Of a stretch of 64,000 nucleotides of DNA, positions 37,757 to 46,682 are shown piece after piece. The notes beneath the pieces were generated by a model. The model worked only from the letters and a program-made list of their open reading frames with translations, ran no database searches and was not told the DNA's origin. The stretch spans positions 1 to 64,000 of the IMG/VR virus record IMGVR_UViG_3300046459_000436. One strand, 5' to 3'. This DNA comes from a virus. The number at the start of each line of letters is the position of its first letter. The stretch's first letter is position 1. A program made the position numbers and the translations under genes.

Positions 37757-37800
37757 TCGCAACTGCCGCAACCATAACTGTTTAATCGGAGATGTAGCAA
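37757..37800 (-). promoter_or_regulatory. Promoter of transfer operon with GTTGCG direct repeats
   Basis: TTGCTA-N18-TATGGT on minus strand; GTTGCG repeats at the predicted start site. Confidence 0.55.
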
Positions 37801-37902
37801 GCTTCTGAGTCCATGAATGTCCGCCTCAGAGTCGCTGCGCGTAATCATCAAGGGCTTAAGGTTGAGGTCAGCGCCGCAACGACCTTCGAGAGGGGCCCGC
37901 CA

Positions 37903-38430
37903 GTGACTGCGAAGTGGACCAGTACGTCTACGCCATACCTGCTACCACGCAGGCCCGGACAGGTAGACGCCTGGACGCAGGAGGCCGGAGCGCGCGGGGG
38001 TCAGCGCCTCATCGAGGTGGCCATCAAGGTGCCGCCGGCCGAGGTTGCGGAATCCCTCGGTCTCGCCGTTGGAGAGAGTGCGGTAGCGCGTCGGCGGGTG
38101 ATGACCCTCGACGGGCAGCCCGTTGAACTCACCGACTCGTACTACCCGCAGAGCGTTGCGGTGGGGACGCAACTCGCTGAGCACGCCAAGATCCGGGGTG
38201 GCGCTCCAACACTCCTCCGCAGCCTCGGCTACGAGGTGCACCGAGTAGCCGAAGAGGTAGAGGCGCGGGCGACAACGCCTGACGAGGCCGAAGCTCTCGG
38301 CCTTGAACCGGGAACTCCCGTACTCACGCTGCTGCGAGTGACCTACTCCTGCAGTGAACAACCCATCGAGGCATCACTGATGGTCATGAAGGGCCCTCAC
38401 CGCCTCCGGTACGAAATGGAGATCGGCTGA
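37903..38430 (+). CDS. UTRA-domain-only protein
   Basis: RRRVM..DGQPVELTDSYYP, PVLTLLRVTY, PIE; no wHTH. Confidence 0.85.
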   Translation: MTAKWTSTSTPYLLPRRPGQVDAWTQEAGARGGQRLIEVAIKVPPAEVAESLGLAVGESAVARRRVMTLDGQPVELTDSYYPQSVAVGTQLAEHAKIRGGAPTLLRSLGYEVHRVAEEVEARATTPDEAEALGLEPGTPVLTLLRVTYSCSEQPIEASLMVMKGPHRLRYEMEIG

Positions 38431-38431
38431 C

Positions 38432-39193
38432 GTGGTCAAGCACAAGGACAAGCGCGCCGTGGCTGAGCGCATCGCCGCGAACATCAGATTCCTGATCATG
38501 TCCGGCGAGTGGGAGCCCGGAAAGAAGCTCCCGACCAACAGCGAACTCATGGCGGACTACGGCACATCCAACGTCACCGTGCAGCGCGCCCTCGGAATCC
38601 TCAAGGACGAACTCCTCCTCGAAGGCCGGGCAGGCAGCGGCGTCTACGTCCGCGCGCGGGCACCTCAGACCATCATCCCAGCGTCCTACATGGCACCCTC
38701 GGACCCCGGACATCCATACCGGTGGGTCACCGAAGCCAGCAACCGCGACCAGCACGGAAGTAACAGGATCCTCCAGGTCGCCGAGGTCGAACCGCCCAAG
38801 CGCGTCGCAAAGATCCTGGGCCTGGAGCCCGGCGACACGGCGGTTCTCCGGACGCGGGTCGGCCTCCTGGACGACGAGCCGGCGGAGATGACGTACTCGT
38901 ACTACCCGGCCAACCTTGCGCGGGGTACGCGCCTCGCTGACCGTCGGAAGATCCCTGGCGGATCGCCGACGCTGCTCGCAGAGATGGGCTACCCGCCCCG
39001 CGAGCAGGAGGACGAGGTGGCCGCCCGGATGGCGACGACCGAGGAGTACGAGCTGCTGGAGATCCCCGGCGATACGCCAGTGATCGAGGTCTTCCGGGTG
39101 GTCTACAGCGACGGCCGGCGCCCGATCGAGGTGACCGTGATGGTGAAGCCCGGCCACCTGTACAAGATGGGCTATCACCTGCCGGTTTCCTGA
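38432..39193 (+). CDS. GntR/HutC-family repressor (KorSA/TraR-like)
   Basis: wHTH PGKKLPTNSELMADYGTSNVTVQRAL..GSGVYV plus UTRA; divergent from transfer genes. Confidence 0.9.
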   Translation: MVKHKDKRAVAERIAANIRFLIMSGEWEPGKKLPTNSELMADYGTSNVTVQRALGILKDELLLEGRAGSGVYVRARAPQTIIPASYMAPSDPGHPYRWVTEASNRDQHGSNRILQVAEVEPPKRVAKILGLEPGDTAVLRTRVGLLDDEPAEMTYSYYPANLARGTRLADRRKIPGGSPTLLAEMGYPPREQEDEVAARMATTEEYELLEIPGDTPVIEVFRVVYSDGRRPIEVTVMVKPGHLYKMGYHLPVS

Positions 39194-39255
39194 CTCGGCA
39201 AGCCTCAGCCCCCGTCCGATGCGGCGGGGGCTCTGTGATGCATGGATGCGAAAGC

Positions 39256-39284
39256 TTGATACAAAAGCGAATACGCCCTACTGT
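39256..39284 (+). promoter_or_regulatory. Sigma70/HrdB-like promoter
   Basis: TTGATA-N17-TACTGT. Confidence 0.55.
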
Positions 39285-39413
39285 CGTTCCCGTGAAGGTG
39301 GCGCACGCCACAACACAAAGGCCGGACGGTTGCCACCGTCCGGCCTGGGATCAAAGCGGGGTGCAACCCGCCGATCAGCTGAGGCCCCATCCGCCTGGAA
39401 GGAACTCTCGCCT

Positions 39414-39746
39414 GTGAGCGTACAACAGAGCACATCCGTTCGACCCATCGAGACCCCTGAGGCATCCGTCACGCCGCCCGCCCTCACCCTGCTGGCGAAG
39501 CTGTGGCAGTCGACGCCGCTCCCCCTGCTCCTGGAGGCCGCGAACGCCCGCGTCCTCGACTCGGAAGAGATCGACGACGAATGGTTCATGGGCGCTGCGG
39601 TACAGCGCAAGGACGGCCGAATGTTCTTCGTGATGCCGCCCAACCGACCCGAGGTAGAGCGCGACACGATCGTTCGGGACCTGATGGCGCGGATGCTCCG
39701 CGTGCCACTGCCCGGGATGACACCCACCGGACGAGTAGCCGCATGA
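39414..39746 (+). CDS. Hypothetical protein (110 aa)
   Basis: GTG start with AAGGA RBS; ATGA-coupled to next gene. Confidence 0.65.
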   Translation: MSVQQSTSVRPIETPEASVTPPALTLLAKLWQSTPLPLLLEAANARVLDSEEIDDEWFMGAAVQRKDGRMFFVMPPNRPEVERDTIVRDLMARMLRVPLPGMTPTGRVAA

Positions 39747-40078
39747 CCGACGGCGGCATCCCCGACTACTACATGGAGCGCGCGCGCTTCCTCGCCACCG
39801 TCAAGGACATCGGCGAGGGGACCGAGGTGGCCGACGCGGCGCTCGACCTGATGATCAGGCTGGAGAGTTCCATCCAGTCACCCTGGGCCGTCACGGACCC
39901 GTTCGCCGCCGAGCGCTACCTCGTGGCACGCGGAGCCGACCCGGACGTCGCATCCGAGGAGGGTGTCGTCTTCGAGATCCAGATGCGCGCCCTCGTCGGC
40001 ATCGGCCTCGGACGCCCCGTCCAGTCGTTCGACGAGATCGCTGACTGGATCGCCGAACACGTCGACACCACCCCGTAG
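39743..40078 (+). CDS. Hypothetical protein (111 aa)
   Basis: MTDGGIPDYY..., normal codon bias. Confidence 0.65.
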   Translation: MTDGGIPDYYMERARFLATVKDIGEGTEVADAALDLMIRLESSIQSPWAVTDPFAAERYLVARGADPDVASEEGVVFEIQMRALVGIGLGRPVQSFDEIADWIAEHVDTTP

Positions 40079-40101
40079 TTGTCAGTCCCTGCCCGTATCG
40101 T
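40079..40101 (+). promoter_or_regulatory. RecA-NDp-like (LexA-independent, DNA-damage-inducible) promoter
   Basis: TTGTCAGTC-N8-TATCGT versus consensus tTGTCRgtg-N8-TAnnnT. Confidence 0.65.
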
Positions 40102-40130
40102 CCACCGTGCCGCACCCGAGAGGAGGCCCC

Positions 40131-41648
40131 GTGCAGACCGAGATCCTGAAGGCGTTCAAGTTCGCGCTCGACCCGACCAGCGCTCAGATCGAGGCCCTGT
40201 CGAGGCATGCGGGTGCGGCGCGGTGGGCGTTCAACCACGCACTCGCGGCGAAAGTCGCGGCGCACGAGCAATGGCGTAGCGAGGTTGCCGCGCTGGTCGA
40301 GGCTGGCACTCCCGAGACGGAAGCGCGCAAGAAAGTGCGCGTGCCGATCCCGATGAAGCCGTCGATCCAGAAGGCCTTGAACCAAGTCAAGGGCGACTCG
40401 CGCACGGGAATTGACGGTGTGTGCCCCTGGTGGCATGAGGTCAACACCTACGCCTTCCAGTCCGCATTCATCAACGCGGACCGCGCGTGGAAAAACTGGC
40501 TCGACTCCCTGTCCGGAAAGCGCGCTGGCCATCGAGTCGGCTATCCCCGATTCAAGAAGAAAGGGCGGACCCAGGACTCATTCCGTCTGCACCACGACGT
40601 AGACAAGCCAAGAATCCGGCTTGCTGGTTACCGTCGGCTGCGCCTGCCAACAATCGGCGAGATTCGGCTGCATGACTCGGCGAAGCGTCTGTCACGATTG
40701 ATCGACCGTGACAATGCGGTGGTGCAGTCGGTGACGGTGTCTCGTGGCGGTCATCGCTGGTACGCCTCCGTCCTGTGCAAGGTCGTCGTGGATGTCCCAG
40801 CGAAGCCGACTCGGCGACAGGCCGGGCGGGGCACCGTGGGAGTAGACCTCGGGGTGAAGTACCTCGCAGCACTGTCGCAACCGCTCACGGAAGGCAACGA
40901 GTCAACCCAACTAGTCCAGAATCCCCGTCATCTACGCCGCACGGAGAAGCGCCTGACGAAGGCGCAGCGCTCTCTATCTCGAACAGTCAAGGGTTCTGCG
41001 CGGCGAGAGAAGGCCAAGCGCCGCGTCGGCCGGCTGCACCACGAGGTGGCGGCACGCCGCGCAAGCGCCCTACATCAGGTGACCAAGCGACTCGCCACTG
41101 AATTCGCCGTGGTGGCCCTTGAGGACTTGAACGTCGCCGGGATGACGCGATCCTCTCGGGGCACCGTGGCGGCGCCGGGGAAACGGGTGCGACAGAAGGC
41201 CGGGCTGAACCGAAGCGTTTCGGATGCAGCTCTAGGTGAGTTCCGGCGGCAGGTCACCTACAAGACTTTCTGGTACGGGTCGAAGCTGGCGGTCTTGGAT
41301 CGCTGGTTCCCGTCGAGTAAGACCTGTTCGATGTGTGGGTGGCGAAACCCAAACCTCACGCTCAAGAACAGGGTGTTCCACTGCGACAACTGCGAGACGG
41401 CCATGGACCGGGACCTGAATGCAGCCCGGAACATCGCGCGCCATGCGGTGCCGATTGATCAACACGTCGCCTGCGATACGCGGGAGACGAAAAACGCCCG
41501 TGGAGCCCCTACAAGACCGACCATCCCTCGGGATGGCTGGCAAGGAGCGTCGAAGCGGGAAGACGCGGCTCGCAAGGCCGCGCCACCCCAGCGGAGTAAT
41601 CCGCTGGCACTCCCACCCGTGGGCCACGGACAGATCACGCTGTTCTAA
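40131..41648 (+). CDS. tnpB: Solo TnpB RNA-guided endonuclease (IS200/IS605/IS607 type), no tnpA
   Basis: KAFKFALDPT N-terminus, RuvC VGVDLG / ALEDL / DRDLNAARN, Zn finger CSMC..CDNC; AGGAGG RBS. Confidence 0.93.
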   Translation: MQTEILKAFKFALDPTSAQIEALSRHAGAARWAFNHALAAKVAAHEQWRSEVAALVEAGTPETEARKKVRVPIPMKPSIQKALNQVKGDSRTGIDGVCPWWHEVNTYAFQSAFINADRAWKNWLDSLSGKRAGHRVGYPRFKKKGRTQDSFRLHHDVDKPRIRLAGYRRLRLPTIGEIRLHDSAKRLSRLIDRDNAVVQSVTVSRGGHRWYASVLCKVVVDVPAKPTRRQAGRGTVGVDLGVKYLAALSQPLTEGNESTQLVQNPRHLRRTEKRLTKAQRSLSRTVKGSARREKAKRRVGRLHHEVAARRASALHQVTKRLATEFAVVALEDLNVAGMTRSSRGTVAAPGKRVRQKAGLNRSVSDAALGEFRRQVTYKTFWYGSKLAVLDRWFPSSKTCSMCGWRNPNLTLKNRVFHCDNCETAMDRDLNAARNIARHAVPIDQHVACDTRETKNARGAPTRPTIPRDGWQGASKREDAARKAAPPQRSNPLALPPVGHGQITLF

Positions 41649-41982
41649 CAGCATGATCGGCGAGTGCCCGACCTGGGTGTACAGGGAGCGATCATCCGAG
41701 CATTGCGAGATGTGCCGCCGCCACTTGGACCTAACCCGGGCACGCACGGAGTGATCGGAGACCTCTGTGTCTCGTCGATGCACCTGGTGCTGTCCAGTCC
41801 AAGGGTGCAGGGAGCGATTGAACTTCTCGCAGCCGCTGAGCCAAGAGGTGCCACCGTGTCCCCTGCGCCCCGTGTTGCCGCCCCGTCGGTGACGCCCGCC
41901 ACACTCTCCGCCCGCCCCGTTGCCACCCCCGCAACGCCCGGCCACCCTGGCGTCCTCACCGTGGCGACAAGGGGGCCGGGTC

Positions 41983-42306
41983 ATGATCTGTCCGTCAGGC
42001 AAATGCGGATCGTCGAACGTCGAGTCCCTGCCGCACTACTGGCAGAGTCTCCCCTCGGACAGCCCTCTGAAAGCGCAGTACGCGGAGCCGCCGGTCGTCG
42101 CGGCCCAGTACCTGTGGGCGGTCGGGGGCATCGTTCTGGGTGTGATGACGCTGGCTCGGAGCGTGGTGGCCGGCCTGCTGTTCGTGGCCCTGGGCGTGGC
42201 GTGGTGCGTCGCCACGCATCGGCAGGCGGAGGCTGCGGATTCTGCGCGCGCGGAGTGGGGCAGCTCGCTGATATGCCTGGCGTGCACCGGGCAGTTCCTG
42301 CCCTGA
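41983..42306 (+). CDS. Two-TM membrane protein with split Zn-binding Cys pairs
   Basis: N-terminal CPSGKC, two TM helices, C-terminal CLAC. Confidence 0.7.
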   Translation: MICPSGKCGSSNVESLPHYWQSLPSDSPLKAQYAEPPVVAAQYLWAVGGIVLGVMTLARSVVAGLLFVALGVAWCVATHRQAEAADSARAEWGSSLICLACTGQFLP

Positions 42307-42327
42307 GCTACCCCCGAGCGCAGCAAA

Positions 42328-42362
42328 GAGCCCCCGGGCCCGTTGTGGGCGCCGGGGGCTTC
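42328..42362 (+). terminator. Terminator hairpin
   Basis: GAGCCCCCGG...CCGGGGGCTTC. Confidence 0.6.
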
Positions 42363-42566
42363 GTCGGTTCTGCTGACCGTGGGGTTCGTAAGTAAATCGC
42401 GCACACTTTCGATTTGCTTACGATGCCGTCCCGGGTCTCCCTACTCACAGGTAGGGCCGTTAGTGTGGACTCGATTGGATGGTTCTCCGCACACCATGGG
42501 TCCGCCGAGTCGCATGTGGGGGCGACTCGACTACGGTGGAAGCGAGGAACGCAGAGGGGACCGATC

Positions 42567-43019
42567 ATGGCCAACGTCAACGACGTAGCCGCATACATTC
42601 TGGCCAAAGCCGCACCGATGACCGCCATGAAGCTGCAGAAGCTCTGCTACTTCGCCTACGGCTATCACCTGGCATGGGAAGACCGGCAGCTCTTCCCCGA
42701 ACGGTTCCAGGCCTGGGCGAACGGCCCCGTGTCCCCCACCCTGTACGACAGGCACCGCGGGCGGTTCCAGCTGAACCGCGGCGACATCGCCGGCGACCCG
42801 TCCGTACTGGACGAGGGCGAGTGCGAGACGGTCGACCTGGTCCTTGACGCGATGGGCGGCTTCTCCGCGCACGAGCTGTCGGGCATGACTCATCGGGCGG
42901 GCCCGTGGCTGGCCGCCCGCGAGAGGGCCGGTGCCGCCGATCTGGAGCGGTCCACCGAGGAACTCCGCGACGAGGACATAGAAGATTTCTTTGGGGCGCT
43001 GGCGGGCAGCGACGACTGA
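42567..43019 (+). CDS. Panacea / SocA-like (DUF4065) antitoxin
   Basis: DVAAYIL, MKLQKLCYFA, FQAWANGPV, LSGMTH..PW. Confidence 0.92.
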   Translation: MANVNDVAAYILAKAAPMTAMKLQKLCYFAYGYHLAWEDRQLFPERFQAWANGPVSPTLYDRHRGRFQLNRGDIAGDPSVLDEGECETVDLVLDAMGGFSAHELSGMTHRAGPWLAARERAGAADLERSTEELRDEDIEDFFGALAGSDD

Positions 43020-43489
43020 TGGTCAAGGGGGGAAAGCCGAAGAAGCGGCTCGCTGTGCCCCCGATGGGGCCTGCGAGCGGCAAGCAGATCGGCAACGCCA
43101 AGGGCCTGCTCCCCGGAGCGGGCAACTCGTCCGAGCGGTTGTGCTGGCGCTTCACCTATGTCGATCACGAGAGCCGCTGGGACTTCTGCGCCATCACGCC
43201 AGAGCTGATGTGCGAGATCTTGGGCAAGATGGCCGACTGCGAGTCCATGACCATCGACGAGCTGCGGAAGACCTGGCGGCTGTTCAAGGATTACGAGTTG
43301 CCGGGCGGCCTGTGCAAGGAAGCTCTCGACCGTTTGACGGCGACGGGCCGCGATGACCAGACGAAGATCCAGCGTCTGGAGTTCAAGGGCACGCAGCGGC
43401 TGTACGGCTTCCTCGAAGACAACGTCTTTCACGTCATCTGGTGGGACCCGGACCACGAGGTCTACCCGTCCACGCTGAAGCACACCTGA
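43019..43489 (+). CDS. Putative cognate toxin, RelE-like fold
   Basis: TGATG-coupled to the antitoxin; RLYGF..NVFHVIWWDPDHEVYP. Confidence 0.75.
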   Translation: MVKGGKPKKRLAVPPMGPASGKQIGNAKGLLPGAGNSSERLCWRFTYVDHESRWDFCAITPELMCEILGKMADCESMTIDELRKTWRLFKDYELPGGLCKEALDRLTATGRDDQTKIQRLEFKGTQRLYGFLEDNVFHVIWWDPDHEVYPSTLKHT

Positions 43490-43501
43490 CACCGACGGTT
43501 G

Positions 43502-43705
43502 TCACCCGAACAGCCCGTCCTGCGGCACGTCGAACCGCCCGACGCCCGGCCCGATCCGGATGCCGAGCTTCTGCCGACACCGCGGCCCGAGCCGGTACAA
43601 ACGCGAGATACGGTCGTGCAACTCCTCATCGCACTCGTCGCACGGAACGACGACGCGCCCCGTCGCCAGCTCGTGGGAGCGGGCGAGGAGCGCGTCAGGA
43701 GTCAT
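43502..43705 (-). CDS. DUF6011-like Zn-binding protein
   Basis: CDEC..L.D..S..LGPRC; ends QDGLFG. Confidence 0.7.
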   Translation of the reverse strand: MTPDALLARSHELATGRVVVPCDECDEELHDRISRLYRLGPRCRQKLGIRIGPGVGRFDVPQDGLFG

Positions 43706-43720
43706 GCGTCCAGTGTGCGG

Positions 43721-45070
43721 CTACGCGGCGCTCTCGCGGCCGGGGAGGCGCATCTCCAGCGTATGGCCGCCGTCGACGTCCAGGAGCTTCGCCAGCGGGG
43801 CCGTGACGGCCTCGTGGCGCGGGATGGCCAGGGTCTGCGCCTGCTGCGGGATGCGCCCGGTAGCGGCCTGCCGCGTCCCCCACCCGTTGCGCCGCAGCGT
43901 CGCCAGCGCGTAGAGCCGGAGCGGGATGAGGAGTGTCAGGTTCATCAGCGCGTACAGCGGCGCCGCGGCGAACGTGAGCAGCCGGTCGGTACGCGGAACC
44001 TGGCCGGCTGAGCGGAGGTAGTGCAGCGACCGGAACCACGCGGCGGCCGAGACGTACACGGCGTACCAGGCGAACACCGTCCAGGCGTGCGGGTTGGACG
44101 CGAATACGGCGAGGGCGACCAGCAGGGCCGAGGTGAACGCGATCCACGTGGCGAGCTCGACGAGGTTGAGCCACCAGTAGGCGCGGCCCATCGAACTGAC
44201 CTTCAAGGCCAGGAGGACGCCCTCGCGGATGAAGCTCTTCGTCCACCTGCATTGTTGAACGAGATACTTCCGAAGATTCTCCGGCACGTCGGTCCAGGCG
44301 ACCGCGGTGGGCACGATCAGCGACTGGCCCTCCAGCAGGCAGTAGTACGTGAGCCTGCGGTCGTCGCCGAAGGTGCACTCCTTGCCGAGGAAGCGCTGCT
44401 GCAGGAAGTCATCGAGGTACTTCCGGACCGTCGAGCCGCGATAAAGGGCGAGGCTTCCGCAGGCGCACAGGACGGAGCCGAGGCGGGAGTAGGCCACCCG
44501 CTCGCCGAGGAACGCATTCTGATACCGCATGTCGATCAGCCGGGTGAGCAGGTTCTTCGAGCGATTCGCAGCCAGGACCAGCCCGGTAACCGCGTGGACG
44601 CGGCGGCGGGCGAACGGCCGGGCGGCCTCCTCGACGGCGTGCTCGTCCAGGACGGTGTCGGAGTCGATGCACAGGTAGATGTCCGCGTCCTGGCGGGCGT
44701 TGAACCCGGCCGCCAACCCGTGGCGTTTGCCTCTGTTGACGGGGAAGCGGATGAAGTCCAGGCGGATCCCGGCGGCGGCGAACGCCGGGCGCAGCAGGTC
44801 GATGACGCCGGCGGCCGAGCGGTCCTTCGAGCAGTCGTCGATGACGGTGAGACTGTCGGGCCGGCGGGTCTGGTCGAGGATCGATTCCAGGCAGCGGCGG
44901 AGGGCGGCAGGCGATTCGTTGAAGGTCGTGACAACTCCGTGAATGACATGGCCGGTCGGCCCTGCCGGCTGCTGTGCGGTGGGTCTGCGGCGCCGCTTCA
45001 TGGACGCGAGGAGCTTGATGGCGAGCAGGCTGCCCACGGCTATGCCGTACCAGCCCAGGTGGTTGTGCAC
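43721..45070 (-). CDS. Processive GT2, hyaluronan-synthase/NodC-like
   Basis: N-terminal TM, DDCS, GKR, DSDT, CACGSLALYR, GDDRRLT, QQCRW, C-terminal TMs, WGTR. Confidence 0.88.
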   Translation of the reverse strand: MHNHLGWYGIAVGSLLAIKLLASMKRRRRPTAQQPAGPTGHVIHGVVTTFNESPAALRRCLESILDQTRRPDSLTVIDDCSKDRSAAGVIDLLRPAFAAAGIRLDFIRFPVNRGKRHGLAAGFNARQDADIYLCIDSDTVLDEHAVEEAARPFARRRVHAVTGLVLAANRSKNLLTRLIDMRYQNAFLGERVAYSRLGSVLCACGSLALYRGSTVRKYLDDFLQQRFLGKECTFGDDRRLTYYCLLEGQSLIVPTAVAWTDVPENLRKYLVQQCRWTKSFIREGVLLALKVSSMGRAYWWLNLVELATWIAFTSALLVALAVFASNPHAWTVFAWYAVYVSAAAWFRSLHYLRSAGQVPRTDRLLTFAAAPLYALMNLTLLIPLRLYALATLRRNGWGTRQAATGRIPQQAQTLAIPRHEAVTAPLAKLLDVDGGHTLEMRLPGRESAA

Positions 45071-45107
45071 AGGGGTCCCCCGTGTAGGTGGTTCGAGTGG
45101 TGGTTGG

Positions 45108-46503
45108 TCAGGTGCGGCGGGTCTTGGCCACGACAACGTCTACGCACGCCGCGGGCAGGTCCACGACGCGATCAAAGTCCCCGAGCCCCACGCCGTGTTG
45201 GGCTGCAGCGGCAAGCAGATCCCGGAGCAGCTCCAATGCAGCGGCGCGGGTCTCCGGGCTGATCGCCGGCCCGTGGCGGTGGACGGCGGCGATGGCCTCG
45301 GCCGGGGTGCGGGCGGTCACGGTTTCTCCCCGTATTCGGCGACGGTGTCGACGCTGACGGTGGCCTTGTATCCGGCGCCGCCGAGCGCCGACTCGATGAC
45401 GGCGGTGACATCCTCGGCCTCATCCTCGGAGTCGAGGTTGCTAACCCAGATGCTCAGGTTGGCGTAGTGGCTGCTCACTGCTGGGCTCCTCAGGTGCGGT
45501 TGGATTCGAGGGAGAAGAACAGGACGACCGGATCCGTGGCACGGACTCGCTCCGAGGCGTCACCGAGGATTGCCTCGTACACGTCCTGCCGTGTGGTGCC
45601 AGGCGCGCGGTCGACGGTGCCGGATACGGTCCGCACCTCCTTTCCGGCTCGGCCTTCCCATTGGATGGTCAGGACCCAGAAGAGCCTTGCCGACGCGTGG
45701 CTGCTCATCGCTGCTCCTCGTTGTCGCTCCACCGCGCGTCGGCGCTGGGGTCGTAGTGCTCGCGGTTCTCGGCGCTGCGGCTGTTGATGTGGCCCGGGGA
45801 CTTCCGGCAGATGAGGGTGCGGCCGTCCTCGGTGCGGGTGGCGAGGCAGAGGTCGCGGGTGCCAGTCACGCCGGGTCCCGTTCGGTGACGGGCTCGACCC
45901 GGAGGTCGCGCAGGCCGTGGTCGCGCATCAGGTCGGCAGCCGTCTCGACCAGGGCGCCGCTCAGTTCCACCTCAAGGGCGGCCAGCAACTCCGGATGCAC
46001 GGCGGGGTCGTGGCCCCACTCGGCGACCAGCGCGGCTCCGAGATCGCGCATCCCGCTGAGGGGTGAGAGGTAGCAGGCCTTCAGGTGTTCGTAGTCCCGA
46101 CGGCCGAGGGTGACGTACTCGCGGGAATCCAGGCCGTATCGGCTCACGTCGTCCTCCTAGCGTTCGGATGACAGTCGGCCGTCGGACCGTGCCCGCAGTC
46201 GCACGGGCTGCCGGTCGGGGAGTGGAACTGGCAGGCGTCGGCGGGGGCGTCGAGGCCCTCGGTGGGGCCGAACCGGGCGCGGGACCCGGTGGGCCATCCG
46301 GCGACCACGTCGGCGAAGAAGTGGCCGGCCTGGCTGGCGCGGTCGTCCACGTCGGGGAAGTTCGCGGCCTCCCGAAGGCGGGCGTCGTAGCGGGTCTCCA
46401 CGGCGCGGATGAGGAGGTCGAGGTTGGGGAGGCAGTGCTCACGGAATGCGGCCTCGCGTGCGTCCTCCACGGCCTGCTCGGCGCGCTCCAGCGGGGTGGT
46501 CAC
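45108..46503 (-). other. Run of small coupled hypothetical genes
   Basis: ORFs 45108-45320, 45317-45478, 45490-45708, 45705-45869, 45866-46147, 46144-46503, mostly stop/start overlapping. Confidence 0.6.
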
Positions 46504-46682
46504 GACGTGCTCCGACCGGCGGGCGTGGCCCACTCCAGCAGCCGGTGCAGGGTGTCGCCAGCCACGCTGATGTCGCTGCCCCAAATGCCGCCCAAGTTCT
46601 CGCGGACATCGGCGGCTTCGGCGGCGGTCATGCGGATGGTGATCGCGCCGTCCGGTTCGATGCGGATGGATTCCACGTGCAT
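46500..46682 (-). CDS. Hypothetical protein (60 aa)
   Basis: Preceded by repeated RBS cassette. Confidence 0.65.
   Translation of the reverse strand: MHVESIRIEPDGAITIRMTAAEAADVRENLGGIWGSDISVAGDTLHRLLEWATPAGRSTS

Noticed and set aside
40131-41648. Cas12 / type V CRISPR or catalytically dead TldR
   Set aside because: No array or cas1/cas2; all three RuvC acidic residues present
27380-43500. Complete autonomous AICE
   Set aside because: No integrase, Rep or flanking direct repeats found by eye; not fully excluded without a repeat search
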